DNA of 41,223 nucleotides from a virus: UHGV virus genome UHGV-0388930; one strand, 5' to 3'. Shown piece by piece: positions 17,523 to 26,126 of this stretch (position 1 is its first letter; each line of letters starts with the position of its first letter). The notes under the pieces were generated by a model. It saw only the letters and a program-made list of their open reading frames with translations, ran no database searches and was not told where the DNA came from. The position numbers and the translations under genes were made by a program.

Positions 17523-17839
17523 CCGGAACCATGCGGTAACCAAGGCATGGTTACCGCAAAAAGCTAGGTTTTATGCGGGTTTGCGGGCATTTTTATGGGG
17601 AGTAACCAAAGTAACCATCCGAAACACTCACCTATATATGAAAAAAATATTTTACAATCTTTGTATTATATTTAACAAAGTTTTATAAAAATGCCCCGCG
17701 CGTAAGGGAACCTAAAAAGTATGGTTACTTTGGTTACCGTAACTGATAAAGCCTTATTCCATGCGGGTTTTGGTAGTAACCTGAGAGTAAAAATATGTGG
17801 TTACAGTAACCGTAAAAGTGGTTACTGAGAGGGAATTGT
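17523..17839. repeat. Putative replication origin: at least 10 copies of GGTTAC/GTAACC iterons, a 9-bp-arm hairpin gcggtaacc-aaggcat-ggttaccgc (17534-17558), ATGCGGGTTT repeats and an AT-rich unwinding stretch (17610-17700)
   Basis: Non-coding; repeats read directly. Confidence 0.5.
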
Positions 17840-18127
17840 ATGACAAATAAGGATATATCAAGCATATTTAATGAAACTTACAATCAATTCTGGATGAAGT
17901 GGCGTGACAACGTCCCACCCAGGGGCTCATTGGATTGGGATATCCTGCAGGGTGAGGCATGTATCATCAAGTTGAGACACGGTACGCATCTGGTCAGGAA
18001 GTGGGAAGGCCCTACCCCGACCATGGAGGAGGAACCGATAGCGGCGCCGATTGTCAACTGGTTCATGGATGAGCTGGAGGCTAGGGAACGGGAGAAGTAT
18101 GGGAAGGAGCGCCAGGATAATGGATAG
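17840..18127 (+). CDS. Hypothetical protein
   Basis: 95 aa; GAGAGGGAA RBS. Confidence 0.4.
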   Translation: MTNKDISSIFNETYNQFWMKWRDNVPPRGSLDWDILQGEACIIKLRHGTHLVRKWEGPTPTMEEEPIAAPIVNWFMDELEAREREKYGKERQDNG

Positions 18128-18314
18128 TGGCATGACGGTAAAAATCAACCCCGAGGAATTGACAGAATATATAGCCAATATCGAAAGCAGGAAGACATGT
18201 AGTGAAAAAGCAACGGAGTTATTTGAAACCAGAGGAAAGGATTTCTGCGTGGGATTAATCCTGCATCTGGTCATGTATGTTTCTGGGAGCTATGAAGGGA
18301 TTAAAAATGCCTAA
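18123..18314 (+). CDS. Hypothetical small protein
   Basis: In-frame ATG of the 18051 ORF overlapping the upstream stop. Confidence 0.3.
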   Translation, partial: DSGMTVKINPEELTEYIANIESRKTCSEKATELFETRGKDFCVGLILHLVMYVSGSYEGIKNA

Positions 18315-18480
18315 GGTAAAAGAAAAGAAAACAACTGAAAAGCCAAAGGTATACATTTGCAGCGAGTGCGGCAGGGAGATAAGCGGGGACCACGTATATA
18401 CCAGGACCAGGCGGCGGACGGAATTACATATACACTTCGGCTGCATGCCGGTGGGAAGGAGAGGACAGGATGAAGGTTAG
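18307..18480 (+). CDS. Small zinc-ribbon protein (CSECG...)
   Basis: ATG overlapping upstream stop; basic. Confidence 0.3.
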   Translation: MPKVKEKKTTEKPKVYICSECGREISGDHVYTRTRRRTELHIHFGCMPVGRRGQDEG

Positions 18481-19024
18481 GATATCAATGCCAGGAGTAT
18501 ATATGGTGATGGACATGGAAGAGGGCCAGGCGCGGGCGGCGTTCCGTAAATTGGCGGAATCAATGTGGCTGATTGGGAGCAGGGGACAGAAGCCGCAGGA
18601 AAGCGTAGCTGTGGAGCCGGAACCGGTCCAGGAGCAGACAGAAGAAGTCCATCCAGGTCAGGAAGGCCAGGAGGTTGGTACAGTGGTGGAAGCTGCTGGA
18701 ACCTCGGAAGAGGAAGGCGGGGAACCGGCGCTTAAAATCATCCCTTCAGGGTATGGCGGGTATCTATACATGAAATGCCCTGTCTGTGGGAAGACCAGGG
18801 GATTCTGTTCCAAGGCACGTCTGAACAATTACCGGTGCGGATGTGGGGCTGTGACGAGGATGGAGAATATGGTCCCACTGTACATGAAATGTGAGTGCGG
18901 CCGGCAGGCCAGGTATCTGACCAACATGACGGAACCTGAATTTGACATGACCTGTTATGACTGCGGGGCCCCGGTTGCAGTGGAGTGGAACGGAAAGAAA
19001 CAGATGTATGAGACGATGAGATAA
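18470..19024 (+). CDS. Cys-rich (multiple CxxC) hypothetical protein
   Basis: 184 aa; CPVCG, CGCG, CECG, CYDCG motifs. Confidence 0.45.
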   Translation: MKVRISMPGVYMVMDMEEGQARAAFRKLAESMWLIGSRGQKPQESVAVEPEPVQEQTEEVHPGQEGQEVGTVVEAAGTSEEEGGEPALKIIPSGYGGYLYMKCPVCGKTRGFCSKARLNNYRCGCGAVTRMENMVPLYMKCECGRQARYLTNMTEPEFDMTCYDCGAPVAVEWNGKKQMYETMR

Positions 19025-19035
19025 GGAGATGTACC

Positions 19036-19674
19036 ATGTCAGAAAAAATGATTGAAAATAACAAGATAAGCGTGATTGGTGAGGTTTTGACAGGATTCAC
19101 CTTCAGCCATGAGGTATGCGGGGAGGGATTCTACATGATGGACATTGCAGTGAAGCGGCTGAGCGGCCAGGCCGACATCCTCCCGCTGATGGTATCTGAG
19201 CGGTTGTTGGATGTGCACCAGGACTATTCAGGAAGCACCATTGAGGCGCTGGGCCAGTTCCGTTCCTACAACCGCCACGAAGGTATGAGGAACAGGCTGA
19301 TGCTTTCCATCTTTGCCCGGGAAGTCCGTTTCATGGAGGAATTTACGGACTATACGAAAACAAACCGGATATTCCTGGACGGCTATATCTGCAAGCCGCC
19401 GGTTTACCGCAGGACTCCCCTGGGCCGTGAAATTGCAGATATCCTTCTGGCAGTCAACCGTCCATATGGTAAGTCTGATTACATACCATGCATCAGCTGG
19501 GGGAGGAATGCCCACTATGCATCCGGTCTTGAAGTGGGGGACAGGGTCAGGATATGGGGCCGGATACAGAGCAGGGAATACATGAAACAACTGAATGGGA
19601 CCGAGAGTGAGAAGCGGATTGCGTATGAAGTCTCAATCAGCAGAATGGAGGAGGTTGGGGATTATGTTGGTTAG
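19036..19674 (+). CDS. Putative second ssDNA-binding protein with tandem OB-fold-like halves
   Basis: Two segments with an SSB-like pattern (ISVIGEVLTGFTFSHEV...; NRIFLDGYICKPPVYRRTPLGREIADILLAVNR...ISWGRNA...GDRVRIWGRIQSREY). Confidence 0.35.
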   Translation: MSEKMIENNKISVIGEVLTGFTFSHEVCGEGFYMMDIAVKRLSGQADILPLMVSERLLDVHQDYSGSTIEALGQFRSYNRHEGMRNRLMLSIFAREVRFMEEFTDYTKTNRIFLDGYICKPPVYRRTPLGREIADILLAVNRPYGKSDYIPCISWGRNAHYASGLEVGDRVRIWGRIQSREYMKQLNGTESEKRIAYEVSISRMEEVGDYVG

Positions 19675-20074
19675 ACAGATTGATAGGAATGAGGCCTTGG
19701 GCCTGGCAGCCAAGGGGATGGAGATAAAGGTACTGGCGCCGAATACCCCAGAACCAACGTCCTGGACGGACTATGCACCGGATACACTGCAGAACCTGCT
19801 GGACGGCTGCCTGTTCTTTCGGGATGAGGTTACCCCGGTCCGGCCGTCCGATAATGCCCCAGTCAAAAAAGCCGATGACGCCCGCCTGGAAAACAGGCCA
19901 GTGGCGGATGGTGGTACCAAACGGGCCAAGAGGGTGGATACCGGGAAGCTTCTGGCACTGTATAAGGCAGGATGGAGCCAGAAGAAGATTGCCGAGGAAC
20001 TTAAGGTGGCACCATCCACGGTATGTGCCTACCTGAAGAAGATGGAAGAGGGACAGGACCATGAAAAAGATTAA
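19664..20074 (+). CDS. DNA-binding protein with C-terminal HTH (sigma-70 region-4-like)
   Basis: ATG with GGAGGAGG RBS; C-terminal LYKAGWSQKKIAEELKVAPSTVCAYLKK. Confidence 0.45.
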   Translation: MLVRQIDRNEALGLAAKGMEIKVLAPNTPEPTSWTDYAPDTLQNLLDGCLFFRDEVTPVRPSDNAPVKKADDARLENRPVADGGTKRAKRVDTGKLLALYKAGWSQKKIAEELKVAPSTVCAYLKKMEEGQDHEKD

Positions 20075-20282
20075 ACTATTCCCGGCGCCGCACACGGAGC
20101 TGAGGATTGATGTATCGGATGAGATGGAGAAGGATTACCAGGAGTGCCGAAGGATGGCGCAGTCACAGGGGAGTGGTAAGGACTGTAATACCTGTAGCTG
20201 GAGGTCTGTGGAGATTGAAGACACAGGGTTATGTGAGTGGCCTGAGGTGATGAGGCTGATGGAGGATTGTAAGGAAGGATAA
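20061..20282 (+). CDS. Hypothetical Cys-containing small protein
   Basis: 73 aa; coupled start. Confidence 0.35.
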   Translation: MKKIKLFPAPHTELRIDVSDEMEKDYQECRRMAQSQGSGKDCNTCSWRSVEIEDTGLCEWPEVMRLMEDCKEG

Positions 20283-20434
20283 CCCGATGTGAAAAGGCAG
20301 GAATTATTACGCCAATCAAGACCCCGTCCTTCCCAGAAAGGTTCGCGGAGTGACGCATATAATGCCTGCCTGATTATAGTATAGGATATGCGGAGTGAAG
20401 AGTCAATAAATTAGCATTTAGAGAGGTAAGTAAA

Positions 20435-20668
20435 ATGGAAAATGAGCAGAAAATGATAGGGTTTCATCATGGTGCATTAAGTGATAAATACGAAATTCAA
20501 GCTAATGAGCAAGGTTACACTTTGGGAGATGACGCCGAACTGTTCGACAAGATAGGGTATGCCTATAATCTGCTTCGTATTCATGGATATTTGACAGACA
20601 GTCAGGCAGATATGGTGTGTAAGAAAATACAAAAGAATCTTGCAAAAACAGTTAGAAAGCTAAACTGA
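20435..20668 (+). CDS. Hypothetical small protein, first gene of an AT-rich island
   Basis: 77 aa; GAGAGGTAAG RBS. Confidence 0.4.
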   Translation: MENEQKMIGFHHGALSDKYEIQANEQGYTLGDDAELFDKIGYAYNLLRIHGYLTDSQADMVCKKIQKNLAKTVRKLN

Positions 20669-20697
20669 GATTTTGTGACAGATAAGGAGTATCGTAA

Positions 20698-20991
20698 ATG
20701 AAATTACCAACAGAAGTAGATGTAGTAGGTCTTATTTATCAAGTGCAGGAAGTGGATGTTGTAAATAAAACCATACCAAGAAATGGGGAAATTGATTTTC
20801 AAAGGCAAATTATAACAATTGATAAGGGATTATCAGATGACAGAAAGAAAATTGTTCTTTTGCATGAAATTATACACGCAGAAACGGAAGCACTTGGATT
20901 GGACGGTATTTGTGATGACGAGAATGCGGTACAGAGCCTTGCGGTTGCCCTGTACCACACATTCAAGCATCTCAACCTTACTTTTTCTTAG
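20698..20991 (+). CDS. Small protein with HExxH motif (LLHEIIHAETE); possible minimal ImmA-like metallopeptidase
   Basis: 97 aa; AAGGAG RBS; HEIIH plus downstream Glu. Confidence 0.4.
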   Translation: MKLPTEVDVVGLIYQVQEVDVVNKTIPRNGEIDFQRQIITIDKGLSDDRKKIVLLHEIIHAETEALGLDGICDDENAVQSLAVALYHTFKHLNLTFS

Positions 20992-21115
20992 ATGATTTGG
21001 TTTGAGATAATGCGCTTCCGGCAACAGATTTTGAATTATCACTATATCTGTTATCCCTTAAAATTTTAGAGGCCGTAGAAGCAACACTTTTTGATGTTTG
21101 TTTTTTGTTAGGCAT
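20978..21115 (-). CDS. 45-aa basic Ser/Lys-rich peptide, convergent with neighbours
   Basis: Excellent GAAAGGAG RBS 7 nt upstream; not in ORF track (under 60 aa). Confidence 0.25.
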   Translation of the reverse strand: MPNKKQTSKSVASTASKILRDNRYSDNSKSVAGSALSQTKSSKKK

Positions 21116-21210
21116 ATTTAACTCCTTTCAAATTAGATTTTTCATGGCTCCTCATGTTGCGCAGAACATTAGTTCATCAACTATATATAGTATAGCAGAG
21201 GGGAGGAGGG

Positions 21211-21411
21211 GTGTCAATTATGAATTTAGGTAAGATTTTACAGGAAGAAAGAAAAAAGCAGGGATTGTCACAACAAAATTTAGCTGATATGGCTGGAGTA
21301 ACTAAGAGAGCTATTGCTTATTGGGAAAAGGGAACTAAAAGTATGAGCGTAGAAAGTGCGGATAAGATTTTTAAAGCACTGCGTATCTCTATAAAAATAG
21401 GAGAACGGTAG
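21211..21411 (+). CDS. XRE-family HTH regulator (Aca-like)
   Basis: LSQQNLADMAGVTKRAIAYWEKG HTH; GAGGGGAGGAGGGG RBS. Confidence 0.6.
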   Translation: MSIMNLGKILQEERKKQGLSQQNLADMAGVTKRAIAYWEKGTKSMSVESADKIFKALRISIKIGER

Positions 21412-21451
21412 TTCATCAAGACGATATATTGAGAAGAAAGGAAGATGGCAT

Positions 21452-21718
21452 ATGAATCCATTGGTGCATATAAGTGTCGCCCTGTACTTTGAGGTGATTG
21501 GGGCTAAGATGTATGGCGGATGTGGAAGCGTAGGGTATACGTCTATTAATTTGGGAGGGGTCAAGGATATAAATCTGATAACAGATGCATATGTGGAATC
21601 CCAGACACAGGCTATGGCGGATTTCCTTGAGGTGCCAAGGGAAAGAATCAAGCTCATATCCAAAGACGAGTATGATTGGCAGACAGAGGATGATTGTGAA
21701 TTGGAGGTACCTGATTAA
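21452..21718 (+). CDS. Hypothetical protein
   Basis: 88 aa; GAAAGGAAG RBS. Confidence 0.4.
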   Translation: MNPLVHISVALYFEVIGAKMYGGCGSVGYTSINLGGVKDINLITDAYVESQTQAMADFLEVPRERIKLISKDEYDWQTEDDCELEVPD

Positions 21719-22025
21719 GAATAAAAGCAGACAGTAAGCAGGCCAAGGCCAACAGGGTCTTGCGGGCATCGGCCGTGGCGGCATCGGCGGAGTCAGCCGT
21801 CCGGGAACCGCCGCCGGACACGTGGCCTGTCAGGATGCCGGCCTATGCATACACCAGCCTGTGCCCGGACCCGGAACTGCGCAGGCCACCGGAAGGGGTG
21901 ATACGGTACTATGAGACAGTGCTACATAGACAACGGGTGCCGCGGATGTGATGGACAGCGTAACAATAAGGGCAGGATACGGTACGGGTGCTGGGCGTGC
22001 CCGTACCTGGATGTGGGAGGAGGTG

Positions 22026-22532
22026 ATGCCGATGAAACAGACAGAAGCGTTGGAGGAAGTGGCCAGGCTGGCCGCGAAGGAAGCCCTTAAGGAACATGAG
22101 AAGCAACTCCGAAGGGAAAAGAGAATAAAAGTATTCCAGAACACCAAGAAGTTGATGGAGAATTATAACCGCATATGTCAGAGCGTGGAGGAGGGAGTGG
22201 CAGAACTGTCCGACATGGATAATGGCGATGAACTGGAGGAGTTCACAGAGGAAGATATCTTCATCAACAGCATCCTCAAGAGTAAGCTCCGGAGCATTGT
22301 CATGATAGGACACATAGATAAGTGCCTGAAACTCCTGGAGGACGAGGAGTGCCGAAAGAATACGCATGAGAAGTATCTGGCATTCAAGTATTTCTATCTG
22401 GATGGGATGACATATGAGAGTATTGCAGAGATTTATGGATATGGGGAACGGACGGCCAGACGGTGGATAACAGAACTTACGGGAATACTCAGCGTATATC
22501 TCTTTGGGGCGGATGCCCTCATGTTGGATTAG
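22026..22532 (+). CDS. ArpU-family / sigma-70 region-4-like late-gene transcriptional regulator
   Basis: GGGAGGAGGTG RBS; C-terminal YESIAEIYGYGERTARRWITELTGIL HTH; located before the packaging module. Confidence 0.5.
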   Translation: MPMKQTEALEEVARLAAKEALKEHEKQLRREKRIKVFQNTKKLMENYNRICQSVEEGVAELSDMDNGDELEEFTEEDIFINSILKSKLRSIVMIGHIDKCLKLLEDEECRKNTHEKYLAFKYFYLDGMTYESIAEIYGYGERTARRWITELTGILSVYLFGADALMLD

Positions 22533-22898
22533 GGGCTTGACAGGAGCGTGTCAAAATCATGTCCTTGTCATGTCCGCTTGGACGATTTATAATTGTAATA
22601 TGCAAAATTGGATGAAGCGGAAAAGCCTTCAATTTTGTTATCCTCCCCATTGATAGCGGCTGCCAAGTGTTATACCCTGGTGGCTGACTAACCGGTATTG
22701 TGTAATCCCTCGTAAGACAGACCTGTACTTTAACGGGACAATGCCGCAGGGTACGCGAGCGGTGATGTATCTGGTTTTATCCCCCACGACATTTTCCAGA
22801 TACGGAGATTTTCTCCTTTGGATGAGTCCCTGCGGTGACGTGGGGGCTTTTCTTTTGTCAGATTTTGGTGTATGATGGAGAAAAAAGGATGGATAAAA

Positions 22899-23528
22899 AT
22901 GGATGATATTTTTCGAGGATATATAATACCCGCTATAATTGCTGCGATAGTTGCATTGGCTTCAACAATAATTACGTCATTTCTATCTTATCGCTCTACT
23001 AAGCAGATGATAAAAATTGAGAATGATAGATTAAAAGCAAATCTTGAAGCGTCAAAATTGGAAAACGATCTTCAATTATCAGCGTCATATATATCAAATG
23101 AGCGGGTTAGATGGATACAAGATGTTAGAGGAACGTTTGCAGATTTTAGAGCTCATACGACGGTTGCAGTACTTAATAATGCAATAAAATCAGCAGAAAA
23201 TGATTTGAGGTTCCAGATTAATCGTGAAGCCTGCTATTTAAAGCTATTATTAAAAGGTTATGGAGAACGTGAACTTAATATTAAACGCGCAATAGATTCT
23301 GTACTGCAAATAGTGAGCATAATCTCTGGCAAAGAGGCTACTCCCGAACAATATTATGATAAAATGGATGAGCTTACTAAACTTATACAAATTTATTTGA
23401 AAGTGGAGTGGGAACGGGTGAAAATTGAAATTAGAGGAGAAAATTGGACAAAAGAAATTGAGGATGATTTATTTGAAGGAAATGAATTGCGTTATAATAG
23501 TATGCTAATGTCAACGATATTTAGATAG
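22899..23528 (+). CDS. N-terminally membrane-anchored coiled-coil protein in an AT-rich moron (candidate exclusion/defense factor)
   Basis: ATG with AAGGATGG RBS; TM IIPAIIAAIVALASTIITSFL; AT-rich. Confidence 0.45.
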   Translation: MDDIFRGYIIPAIIAAIVALASTIITSFLSYRSTKQMIKIENDRLKANLEASKLENDLQLSASYISNERVRWIQDVRGTFADFRAHTTVAVLNNAIKSAENDLRFQINREACYLKLLLKGYGERELNIKRAIDSVLQIVSIISGKEATPEQYYDKMDELTKLIQIYLKVEWERVKIEIRGENWTKEIEDDLFEGNELRYNSMLMSTIFR

Positions 23529-23598
23529 ATTTAGATTAATAGGGGCCACCTCCGGGCGGCTCTTTTACATACCCCAAAACAAACAAAGGAAAGGCCGC

Positions 23599-23790
23599 CT
23601 AATCGGCCGCCTCATCCTCCGAAATAAAGTTGTTTATGAATTTTTTTATTTCAGTCGTGGGAGTGGTCCCCAGTCTATCACATTTGACTTTGAATGCATC
23701 CAGGACCTCTGGTTTCAAGTCAAGAGGAAAACGGACATACTTAGTGCGTAGATGCTTTTGCTGAGATGTGTACTTCTTCTCTTCAGACAT
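23599..23790 (-). CDS. Small ribbon-helix-helix-like DNA-binding protein
   Basis: KYVRFPLDLKPEVLDAFKVKCDRLG has the beta-strand plus two-helix pattern of RHH proteins. Confidence 0.35.
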   Translation of the reverse strand: MSEEKKYTSQQKHLRTKYVRFPLDLKPEVLDAFKVKCDRLGTTPTTEIKKFINNFISEDEAAD

Positions 23791-23977
23791 GTAGGGCCTC
23801 CTTAATATTTAATGAATTGGATGGTACTGCTGATTATTAAATACAAAAGTATTATAATTATCAGTAGCTTTGATGCTAAAAGGATACTGCCTAATATTGG
23901 CTTCTTTTTGAGCATTGTTATCATGAAAGACTTGTGGTATAATATTGTTGGAAGGAAAGGGGCCTGCGCCCCAATCC

Positions 23978-24097
23978 CTAAACGATTTTGGTAAGTGCTT
24001 CAATCACCAGCAGGATGATGTAGGCTTTTACCAGTAGCTCAATTAGTTGGTCGCACAACTTGTTGAGCTTTTTGATTTTCTTTGGTAAGTCTTTCAT
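23978..24097 (-). CDS. 39-aa peptide with hydrophobic C-terminus (MKDLPKKIKKLNKLCDQLIELLVKAYIILLVIEALTKIV)
   Basis: Near-perfect AAAGGAGGTGA RBS 5 nt upstream; not in ORF track. Confidence 0.3.
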   Translation of the reverse strand: MKDLPKKIKKLNKLCDQLIELLVKAYIILLVIEALTKIV

Positions 24098-24225
24098 GTG
24101 TTCACCTCCTTTCTATGATTTAATTATAGCATATACGTACGTATATGTCAAGCGGAATATGGATATTTTATAAGTTTGTTGCATCTGCTGATACTGGTAG
24201 GTGCTCTTTTATTGCATGAAAGAAG

Positions 24226-24780
24226 GTGAACCTGATGGCATTAACGCCAAAACAGAAAATATTTGCGGATGAGTACCTGATAGACCTTAATGCCACCAGG
24301 GCCTACAAGGTGGCGTATCCGAAGGTCAAGAAGGATGAGGTGGCAAAAGCTGCAGGGAGCAGATTGTTAACCAATGTTAACGTTGCAGAATACATACAGG
24401 AACGCATGAAGGAACGCGAGAAGCGTACCGGGATTACCCAGGACAGGGTACTGCGGGAACTGGAAAAACTGGTCCTATTCGATATCAGGAAGTTGTTTGA
24501 CAGTAATGGAAAACCAGTGGATATATCGATGCTTGATGATGACACGGCTGCCTGTATTGCAGGGCTGGAAGTGGTGGATTATTTCGAAGGAGCTGGCGAG
24601 GACAGGGAGTTTGCGGGATATGTAAAGAAGTATAAGCTGACTGATAAATTAAGGGCAATCGAACTGATGGGCCGCCATCTGGGCATGTTCAAGGATAAAC
24701 TGGAGCTGTCCGGTGGCCTCGATACCGAGAAGACCAAACTGGATGACCTGCTTCAGCAGATGCACGGAGGTGGGGAATGA
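24226..24780 (+). CDS. terS: Terminase small subunit
   Basis: N-terminal LTPKQKIFADEYLIDLNATRAYKVAYP typical of the P27/Terminase_2 small-subunit family. Confidence 0.8.
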   Translation: MNLMALTPKQKIFADEYLIDLNATRAYKVAYPKVKKDEVAKAAGSRLLTNVNVAEYIQERMKEREKRTGITQDRVLRELEKLVLFDIRKLFDSNGKPVDISMLDDDTAACIAGLEVVDYFEGAGEDREFAGYVKKYKLTDKLRAIELMGRHLGMFKDKLELSGGLDTEKTKLDDLLQQMHGGGE

Positions 24781-26126
24781 GCACTGAGAGGCTGCTGCTG
24801 TCAGATAAGTACAAGGCGTTCCTGCGTTGTGATGCGCCGGTGGAGTTCCTTGAGGGGACCACGGCCGCCGGAAAGACCACGGTTGGCCTGTTCAAGTTCA
24901 TGCTCAAGGTGGCCGAATCGCCCAAGAAGCTTCACATCCTGGCTGCGGATGATACAGGCGCCGCTGAGAAGAACATCATCCAGAAGGACCTGGGCATCCT
25001 GGATGACTTCGGCGTACTGGTGGAGTACAGAGGCAACGGCTCCGGCGAGTACAAAATGCCCCACATCCTCTTCCACACATCCAGAGGCGATAAGATAATC
25101 TTTGTTGTCGGCTATGGCAACAAGCGTAAATGGAAGGATGCCCTGGGCGGCCAGTACGGATGCCTGTACATCGATGAGATCAACACGGCCGACATAGAGT
25201 TTGTGCGTGAGGCCGCCATGCGGAGCGATTACCTGATGGCCACGCTCAATCCGGATGACCCTGGCCTGGATGTGTACAAGGAGTACATCAACTGTTCCAG
25301 GCCGGTGCCGGAATGGGCGGATGAGACGCCAAAAGAGATAATGGACGAATTACAGGAGGAACCAAAACCCGGCTGGGTGCACTGGTTCTTTTCTTTTGCC
25401 CACAACCTGGGCCTGTCCAAGGAGAAGCTGGAACAGATTATGACCAATACCCCAAAGGGGACGAAAATCTGGAAGAACAAGATCCAGGGCCTGCGGGGGA
25501 AGGCAACCGGCCTGATATTCTCCAACTTTGAGCGGTCTAAGCATGCCATCACAGTCCAGCAGGCCAGGGTACTGAAATTCAAGAAGTTCACAGCCGCTTT
25601 GGACACATCCTACTCATCCAAGTCCCCGGATACCATCGCCATGATATTCCAGGGCATCACGGAGGACAGGAAGCTTGTCACCCTGGCGGAGAAGGTCTAC
25701 AACAACGCCAAGCTTGACATCCCACTGGCCCCCAGTGACACGGCGGTCAAGTTCGTGGCCTTTCTGGAGCAGTGCCGCAGGGACTGGGGATTTGCCAAGG
25801 ATGTGTACATAGACAATGCGGATCAGGCGACCATCACGGAGCTGCGCAAATACAAGCGGCTCAAGGGCTGTCTATATAACTTCTGGGATGCGTACAAGCA
25901 GCTGGAAATCATAGACCGTATCAACCTGCAGCTGGGCTGGATACAGCAGGGGTGTTACCTGGTAGTGGATACCTGCGTGGAGCATCTGTCCGAACTGGAC
26001 AGGTACAGCTGGGACGATGAGAAGGACAGGCCGGAGGACAGGAATGACCATACAATTAATGCCAATCAGTATGCATGGATACCATACCGGAACCTGATTG
26101 GGTTTGAGGAGGCTGAGAAAAAGTGA
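24777..26126 (+). CDS. terL: Terminase large subunit (PBSX-type)
   Basis: Walker A GTTAAGKTT; Walker B-like LYIDEIN; C-terminal nuclease acidic residues. Confidence 0.9.
   Translation: MSTERLLLSDKYKAFLRCDAPVEFLEGTTAAGKTTVGLFKFMLKVAESPKKLHILAADDTGAAEKNIIQKDLGILDDFGVLVEYRGNGSGEYKMPHILFHTSRGDKIIFVVGYGNKRKWKDALGGQYGCLYIDEINTADIEFVREAAMRSDYLMATLNPDDPGLDVYKEYINCSRPVPEWADETPKEIMDELQEEPKPGWVHWFFSFAHNLGLSKEKLEQIMTNTPKGTKIWKNKIQGLRGKATGLIFSNFERSKHAITVQQARVLKFKKFTAALDTSYSSKSPDTIAMIFQGITEDRKLVTLAEKVYNNAKLDIPLAPSDTAVKFVAFLEQCRRDWGFAKDVYIDNADQATITELRKYKRLKGCLYNFWDAYKQLEIIDRINLQLGWIQQGCYLVVDTCVEHLSELDRYSWDDEKDRPEDRNDHTINANQYAWIPYRNLIGFEEAEKK

Noticed and set aside
17523-17839. Possible CRISPR array or tRNA in the repeat-rich region after the helicase gene
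   Set aside because: Repeats are 6-9 bp, irregularly spaced and in both orientations (iteron-like), not 25-40-bp direct repeats with unique spacers. No cloverleaf or anticodon-arm structure is recognisable here or in the 4150-4400 att region.
22540-22620. Possible strong late promoter (TTGACA at 22547, then a TATAAT-like sequence) after the ArpU-like gene
   Set aside because: Spacing between candidate -35 and -10 hexamers is wrong (12 nt, or 4 nt for the alternative pair), so no confident promoter call.
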